Positions 39,888 through 45,250 of a stretch of DNA of 45,250 nucleotides are shown here, piece by piece. Every line of letters begins with the position of its first letter. Position 1 is the first letter of the stretch. Where the stretch lies: the NCBI GenBank assembly GCA_001724265.1, contig MEDY01000072.1, positions 62,001 to 107,250 of the forward strand, in the 5' to 3' direction. The position numbers were made by a program, and so were the translations under genes. Origin of the DNA: Rhizaria sp. SCN 62-66 (taxonomy: Eukaryota). The notes under the pieces were generated by a model. That model searched no databases. It was not told the origin of the DNA and was given only the letters and a program-made list of their open reading frames with translations.

Positions 39888-40798
39888 GCAAGGTCCGCGT
39901 CTCCAACCCAGAGAAGCAGCCTTCGGTGTACTCGCAGCTTGCTCCGCTCTGCCGCTTGCAGCACAGCAAGTCCAACTCCACCAGCTCCGTCTTCAGCGTC
40001 ACCAACATCACCTGCCCCAAGATCATCGAGTACGTGTTCAAACTTAACATTACTCAATATATCTCTAAAAACATTAGTATATATCTTTTTCGCCCACTTT
40101 CAACTCACAAATATATATTTACTGCGCTATATATTCCTTCACTATTCAGACTCGTTTCGTCGGTCTCAACGATGCTGCACTGCCAGATGATGCGCGACTG
40201 CGAGGCGGCCGAGAAGGGCCGCGGCCACATCGCGTGCTTCGCCGAGGAGAAGTACACGGGCCGCGTCAACACCGAGATCCCCACGGTGAACGTGATCTAC
40301 TCGTTCCTCAAGAACGTGTTCGAGGTGGGCCAGTTCCACCCCGAGTGCTGCGTCATCTCGCTCGTCTACGTCAACCGCCTCATCGGCGTCACCGGCGTCC
40401 CGCTTTCGCCCTCCAACTGGAAGCCCATCACCATCGCCGCGCTCGTTGTTGCGCAGAAGGTCTGGGACGACACGCCGCTCATTAATGCAGACTTTTCGAT
40501 TCTGTACCCGCCGTTGACCGTGCGCGACATTAACTACCTGGAACGCCAGCTGCTCGCACTGCTCGACTTCAAGCTCACGGTCTCGCCCTCGCTCTACGCG
40601 CAGTACTTCTTCGAGCTGCGGTCCATCTGCGAGGACGCGGGCTCCTACGCCGCGAGCCCCAGCCAGGGCATCAACCGGCACAGCGAGGCGCGCTCGCACT
40701 ACTCGGAGCAGTACCAGAAGCGCAAGAAGGAGTACAAGAAGATCACCATGCTGCCCGACACGCTGCTCGTGCACACGCGCAGGCAGGTCATCAACTAA
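39767..40798 (+). CDS. Cyclin Y-like protein; exons 39767-40029 and 40150-40798, 303 aa
   Basis: SNSTSS N-terminal motif, IYSFLKNVF...ECCVISLVYVNRLI...NWKPI...AQKVWDD...N.DF...INYLERQLL.LLDFKLTVSPSLYAQYFFELR is typical of cyclin Y/CCNY; stop TAA. Confidence 0.9.
40030..40149 (+). other. Spliceosomal intron (120 nt, 3n, stop-free) in cyclin Y-like gene
   Basis: GTACGT...TTCAG, very AT-rich; join gives KIIE-LVSSV. Confidence 0.85.
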
Positions 40799-41838
40799 GC
40801 GAAGCTCTTCCAACCGCCAGCGGAGGCAGGCAGTGGGTGCGGCTAACGGTCCGGAGAAGCTCGTTGTACTCTCTGTTATGTAGTAGAGCGGTATAGCTGT
40901 AGTTCCGATGCTCAGGCCTCGCACAATATGTATGCGTGTGAGGCGACTGACCGACCAACCGGCTGGCCTGGCTTGGCCTGCTTTGGCTTGATTGAATAAC
41001 TGTGTGACTGACTGACTTGACTGACTTTGTGTATGGTGTGATGTGATGCAATGTGACTACAAACACTGTCTTTACTTATCGGCGTGTTGTTGTTGTTGCT
41101 ACTGCTGCTGGTGCTAGTCTTGATACTTCTGCTATTGCTGCCGGTGTTGCCTCGCTTGTTTTTTTTTCTGTATGGTATACGTATTATCATCTAAAACAAA
41201 AGTTTAGCCACTGTTTGTGTGAACTCTAAGGATACTGATACGCTGTTGATGTTGCTTGCTGTGTTGCTGTTTTGAAGTCTGCAGTGTTTGTTTTTGTCAT
41301 TCTTGTTGTCTTGTTCTATTCTTTTTTATCTTCTTTTAAATTTGCTTTTTATATGGCAATCAAGCAATCAACGCCCTCCTAATGAAGGACTGTGGAGTGC
41401 TCTTTATCTCATACTTTGCATGATTAAACAAGGCCAACGTGGGCTGTCTGAGAAAATAAAGTCTGCAAAAGGTATGTTTTAATCTTTCCCTAGCAACCTG
41501 ACTGCTTTTTCCTGCCATTACTGTTCTTGTGGGTTCGCCCGTAACCGATTGTCGAGTGCAGCTTCCAGGAACATCATGACGTATCCCTCCTCTCTCGAAG
41601 AAAAGGCCTTTTAGAAATCGGAAGCTACCACGTTGAAAGACTGTGTGATGAAAATGTCACATTGACTTGGAAGAAAAAATGATGGTTTAAGACGCTTTTT
41701 TAAATGTATTCGTCTTTCACACGCGAATTTGCCCCTCAAATTGGAGAAAGAAAACTCATTCTCCACCTCCTTATTCTTACCCGTCCTAAGTTATTTTCCT
41801 CAGTAGCTCTGAGCCGCCCGTCCGTTCCCCACCTTATC

Positions 41839-43326
41839 ATGAGGCGCTCCGCGTGCTTGCCTTGCTTGTTTGTCGCTCTTCTTGCGCTTGTGAATGGCGC
41901 TCTCGCGTCCTCCGCTGCGCACAGTGCCTCCAAGTATGCTTCTAACCCTAGCATCGACGCTGCCTTCGAAGCCGCACCACTTTCCCTGTGCGAGAATGAC
42001 AACGTGCCCGTGGTTGAGGTGATGACTGAGCAGTACGTTGTTGGCTCCACCAAGCCCATCCGCTTCCGCGGTGCCAACCTGCTGTCGAACAACATCACCG
42101 CGCTGGTGCTCTTCCTGCCCTCTGGCAGCGAGGTTGTCGGCGGCTTCCCGCGCCGCCTCACGCTCACGGCCAACGTCCCAGACCCCTTCGCGGAGCCCGA
42201 GTTTGACCTCTTCGCCTCGCCTTGTGCCTCCTCAGCTGTGGCCTGCCCCATCGGGCTCTTCCCCGTCTTCCTGCAGCAGAACAACGTGGCCATCCCCAAC
42301 GGCATGGCCAGCTTCGTCCGCTTCGCCTTCCCCACCGTCGCACGCGCCGTCGCGCTTGTCTCGCTGGCCTACCCGCTCGCCTTCGTCGCAGACCTGCAGT
42401 CTGGCGTTTCGCGCCTCGCCGAGGAGGCGCTGGCGTACTCGGAGACGACGGAGCCGCTGCCGACGATCCACTTCTCGCGGCCCACCGCCGACGGCGACAA
42501 CGGCTCGCTGTGGCAGGTCGGCGCGCTCGCGCTCGACGGTGCCGACGCGCGCCTCGCGCTCAGCCGCTTCTTCGTGCTGGGCCAGCGCCCCGCGGCGCGG
42601 CTGCAGGCTGTGTTCTCCCGCTTTGGCATCCGCACGAGCCGCATCACCGACGTGTGGGACGAGCTGCCCTGCGACGTGGGCGTCTCGGCGCGCCAGTGTC
42701 CCGGCACAGGCCCCCACGACGACGAGCCCGGGGCGCCGCCGCTCGTCCCGCGCGTTGTCCGCGTGCTCTTCTACACGGCGGGCGCGCTGCTGCTCGTGCT
42801 GCTCACGCTCACTGCGCTCTTTTGCACGCGCTCGCTGTGCTTCGCGCCCAAACACGTCACCTTCGACATCGACACCGACACCGACGCCGAGTCCTCTTCC
42901 TCGTCCGCCGCCGCCACATCATCCTCGTCGGCGGCGGCGTCGAGTGCGGCCGGTGCGGTCGCCAGCGGGCCCGGCGGCTACCCGATGCCGCACGCACTCG
43001 GAGCCGCGCTTACCACTGGCCACAGCCTCAGCCACAGCAGCAGCCACAGCAGCAGCGGCAGCGGCAGCGGGCTCGGCATGGGGCCCTTCTCCCCGTCGGA
43101 CCTCGCGGTGCCGCAGCAGCACGGCGCCGCCGTCGCGGCCTGGGCCTCGGCCGGCTCGCCCGCCGTCAACAGCAGCAAGACCGCGGCTGTCGACGGCCAT
43201 AGTAGCAAGGCGGGGGCTAAAAAGCCTGCAGTGCCGTCGCCGCGCAGCGGGTACGAGCGGCTTGGCGGCGACGACGACGGCGCCGGGCTGCAGTGGCGCG
43301 ACCCGGGGCTGGGCGGCGCCGACTGA
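41839..43326 (+). CDS. Type-I membrane protein of unknown function (495 aa)
   Basis: Signal peptide MRRSACLPCLFVALLALVNGALA, globular ectodomain with several Cys, TM VLFYTAGALLLVLLTLTALF, Ser-rich tail with GYERL; stop TGA. Confidence 0.75.
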   Translation: MRRSACLPCLFVALLALVNGALASSAAHSASKYASNPSIDAAFEAAPLSLCENDNVPVVEVMTEQYVVGSTKPIRFRGANLLSNNITALVLFLPSGSEVVGGFPRRLTLTANVPDPFAEPEFDLFASPCASSAVACPIGLFPVFLQQNNVAIPNGMASFVRFAFPTVARAVALVSLAYPLAFVADLQSGVSRLAEEALAYSETTEPLPTIHFSRPTADGDNGSLWQVGALALDGADARLALSRFFVLGQRPAARLQAVFSRFGIRTSRITDVWDELPCDVGVSARQCPGTGPHDDEPGAPPLVPRVVRVLFYTAGALLLVLLTLTALFCTRSLCFAPKHVTFDIDTDTDAESSSSSAAATSSSSAAASSAAGAVASGPGGYPMPHALGAALTTGHSLSHSSSHSSSGSGSGLGMGPFSPSDLAVPQQHGAAVAAWASAGSPAVNSSKTAAVDGHSSKAGAKKPAVPSPRSGYERLGGDDDGAGLQWRDPGLGGAD

Positions 43327-43648
43327 GAGAAAGACTGAGAGGGATGGACTGGGAGATACTATGAGAGATTGAGAGTCGTTTGCGAATGAGTAGGGGCCGT
43401 GGACTAGTCTGGCTGTGAATTATGTTGTCTGTCGATTGAAACGTGTTGCACACTGTGTCTAGTTTGTATATGTGGGCCTTTTTTGTTGAGCTCTTTGTGA
43501 TTGCGGTGAGCAGGTCGCTTCTGCTTATCACTCAGTTCCGAAGGACACTTATTCAAACATTAGAGTCCGAGGCATGCACAGGTATCGCATCAGCGTCCAA
43601 CGTGCATAGGAAAGATGTGGGGAAAACACGTGCATAAGGTTCATGATT

Positions 43649-43666
43649 AAAAAAAAAAAAAAAAAA
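43649..43666 (+). repeat. Poly(A) tract (18 nt)
   Basis: Seen directly; lies near the shift to lower-GC sequence. Confidence 0.9.
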
Positions 43667-44385
43667 CGGCGAGCCAATAATTTTTTGGGGCATCTCGGTC
43701 ATTATTCTATTTATACCCCCCTATTTTACTATCTGCTGTAGATTCAAAAATAGATTTGGTAGTCCATGTACACACTATGTTTAACTGTTGATTATGACAA
43801 CATGTCTTCGATATTAATAGTCGCGAGTACAAATGCATGAGCTCCAACACGTCAATCGCGTGCTGATACTCAAATGTAGTTTTGTGCATTACTAAGCAGC
43901 CAAGGCAGAGTAATAATCAGCGACACAGGTAAGAAAAATATGATCGTATCTGCTCAAGATGAGCGCGTATTAATCAATAGAAAGTGTCGTCACTTGTGTT
44001 ACAAAGGTTAAATGAGTTAATACAGAAAAATACTGACAGAGAAAATTATCGCTCTGCTTCTCACCATGAATTACATCATGAATTGAGGGGACAAACTGCT
44101 GTACAGTAGTGCATGTTAGTGTGCTACTATGTCGTGGTCTTCGGGAAAACTTAAAAATCGTATTTGCTAGAATTTTCATATCTTGCCGTAGTTGTGTTTA
44201 ATGAGTCCGGTGACTGTTTAAAAGTTACATAAAGATACATGCCGAGGCAAACAGTGTTAATACTTTTGAGTACTGAGTGAGCTTTAGAAGCACGTTAAAT
44301 AGGAAGGACAAGACAAAAAAACAATAACACAAAATCTGATGATGAGTATACAAATGGCATCCAAAATAACAAGCTTGACTGGATG

Positions 44386-44839
44386 TCATGACCAGATCGA
44401 GGGACACGTAACGTCGTCATGATAACCGATAGCAGAAGCAGAATCAGTAACGACGGCATTAGCAAGATACGTTTCGATGCGTGCCATATAATGGAAACAG
44501 CAACAGTGCTCAAAATCAGGAAGCAATATGCAGAGCGGGGTACACGTGTATGGGTTCCATCGAGTACTTAAAACAATAACCGCCATCTCTACATCACCAC
44601 CCCTCGTCGTCGCCGGAGCGCCTTTGGCTGCATTTGTCTGGCTGTGAGCAGGGGCGTCGTTACCAGTGCTGCTTGCGGACGAGTCGACGGTCACCTTGTT
44701 TGAGCGAGCAAAACATAGACACCTCATGGCATAAGCGATATAGATGCAGAGTGCAATCAGAAAAGCGGCGCCAATCGGAACAACGATTGCAACAATCAAC
44801 GTGGTGTCATAATTACTGCCATTATTGCCACCGATTCCG
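44386..44839 (-). CDS. Probable 3' exon of a type-I membrane protein (TM plus cytoplasmic tail); 5' part outside the window, 3' end uncertain
   Basis: GIGGNNGSNYDTT-LIVAIVVPIGAAFLIALCIYIAYAM-RCLCFARSNKVTVD...DVEMA. A putative acceptor AG lies at 44841-44840. Codon usage is less GC-rich than in the other genes. Confidence 0.5.
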
Positions 44840-44845
44840 CTACGC

Positions 44846-45235
44846 GTTTATTGGGGATGGGGAGTGCCTCAGCACCTGGGGTGCAGCCCAACTCGCGACC
44901 GCCCTGCAATTTTTCTCACCACAATCGATAGGCCGCTGGGCCACTCTCTTCTGAACAGTCATCTTACGAAGTCACTATGTTGAGTCACGCCCACAATTAC
45001 ACCTGTTTTATTATTTCTCACATTTCATTTATTTAGACGTGGCATTACTGCGGTCAAAAGTGGTGTCCTTTTTATCGATCCTCACCAGTATATTATGTCA
45101 CCATGGTCATCTACTCGCCCTCTCGGCTCTCAATCCTTTGCCCCTTACTTTTTACACGGGGGTCGCGAATTGGGCCGTTTGCCTCTCCCACCCCACATGT
45201 TTGTGATGTTGAGGCACCCCCCATCCCCAATAAAC
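44846..45235. mobile_element. 390-bp MITE-like element with 26-bp terminal inverted repeats and a nested 15-bp inverted pair
   Basis: 44846-44871 GTTTATTGGGGATGGGGAGTGCCTCA vs reverse complement of 45210-45235: 25/26 identical. 44886-44900 vs 45161-45175: 14/15 identical. No coding capacity and no clear TSD. Confidence 0.55.
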
Positions 45236-45250
45236 ATCCCTAGATTACCA

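Noticed and set aside
40940-41110. Short tandem repeats (tgac, gttgtt, ctg) downstream of cyclin Y
   Set aside because: Simple 3'UTR microsatellites; no constant repeat with unique spacers, so not CRISPR-like.
1905-43326. Ciliate-type code (TAA and TAG both Gln) or TGA reassignment
   Set aside because: TAA ends conserved proteins at their expected C-termini (OST48 KKAD, FKBP KDDL, p24, Mss4) and TGA ends TEX9 and PES1, each followed by AT-richer non-coding DNA.
1-45250. tRNA (including a CUA suppressor), rRNA or eRF1 gene
   Set aside because: None recognisable by eye; a covariance-model scan is needed to exclude a tRNA in the intergenic regions.

Overview
Gene-dense nuclear DNA from a GC-rich eukaryote, probably a flagellated protist (lineage not determinable from sequence alone). 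GC-rich coding regions alternate with AT-rich intergenic DNA and short GT-AG introns. About 14 protein genes are visible: a SET-domain protein running off the left end, TEX9-like, FKBP, Mss4/RABIF, OST48/Wbp1, a ~5,380-aa low-complexity protein, pescadillo, a ~2,000-aa J-domain protein, a gamma-glutamylcyclotransferase-like protein, a 793-codon low-complexity protein, p24/TMED, cyclin Y-like and two type-I membrane proteins. Main observation: three in-frame TAG codons (28058-60, 32646-48, 36039-41) in two genes are each followed by in-frame, coding-like sequence. Two of them sit in Gln-repeat contexts and one lies between helices I and II of a J-domain. None of the 12 gene ends that can be called uses TAG (6 TAA, 6 TGA). 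This points to a variant nuclear code with UAG=Gln and UAA/UGA=stop, although nonsense mutations or sequence errors cannot be excluded from this window. A 390-bp element with terminal inverted repeats, possibly spliced as an intron, lies at the right end. All family assignments come from motif recognition by eye; no searches were run.
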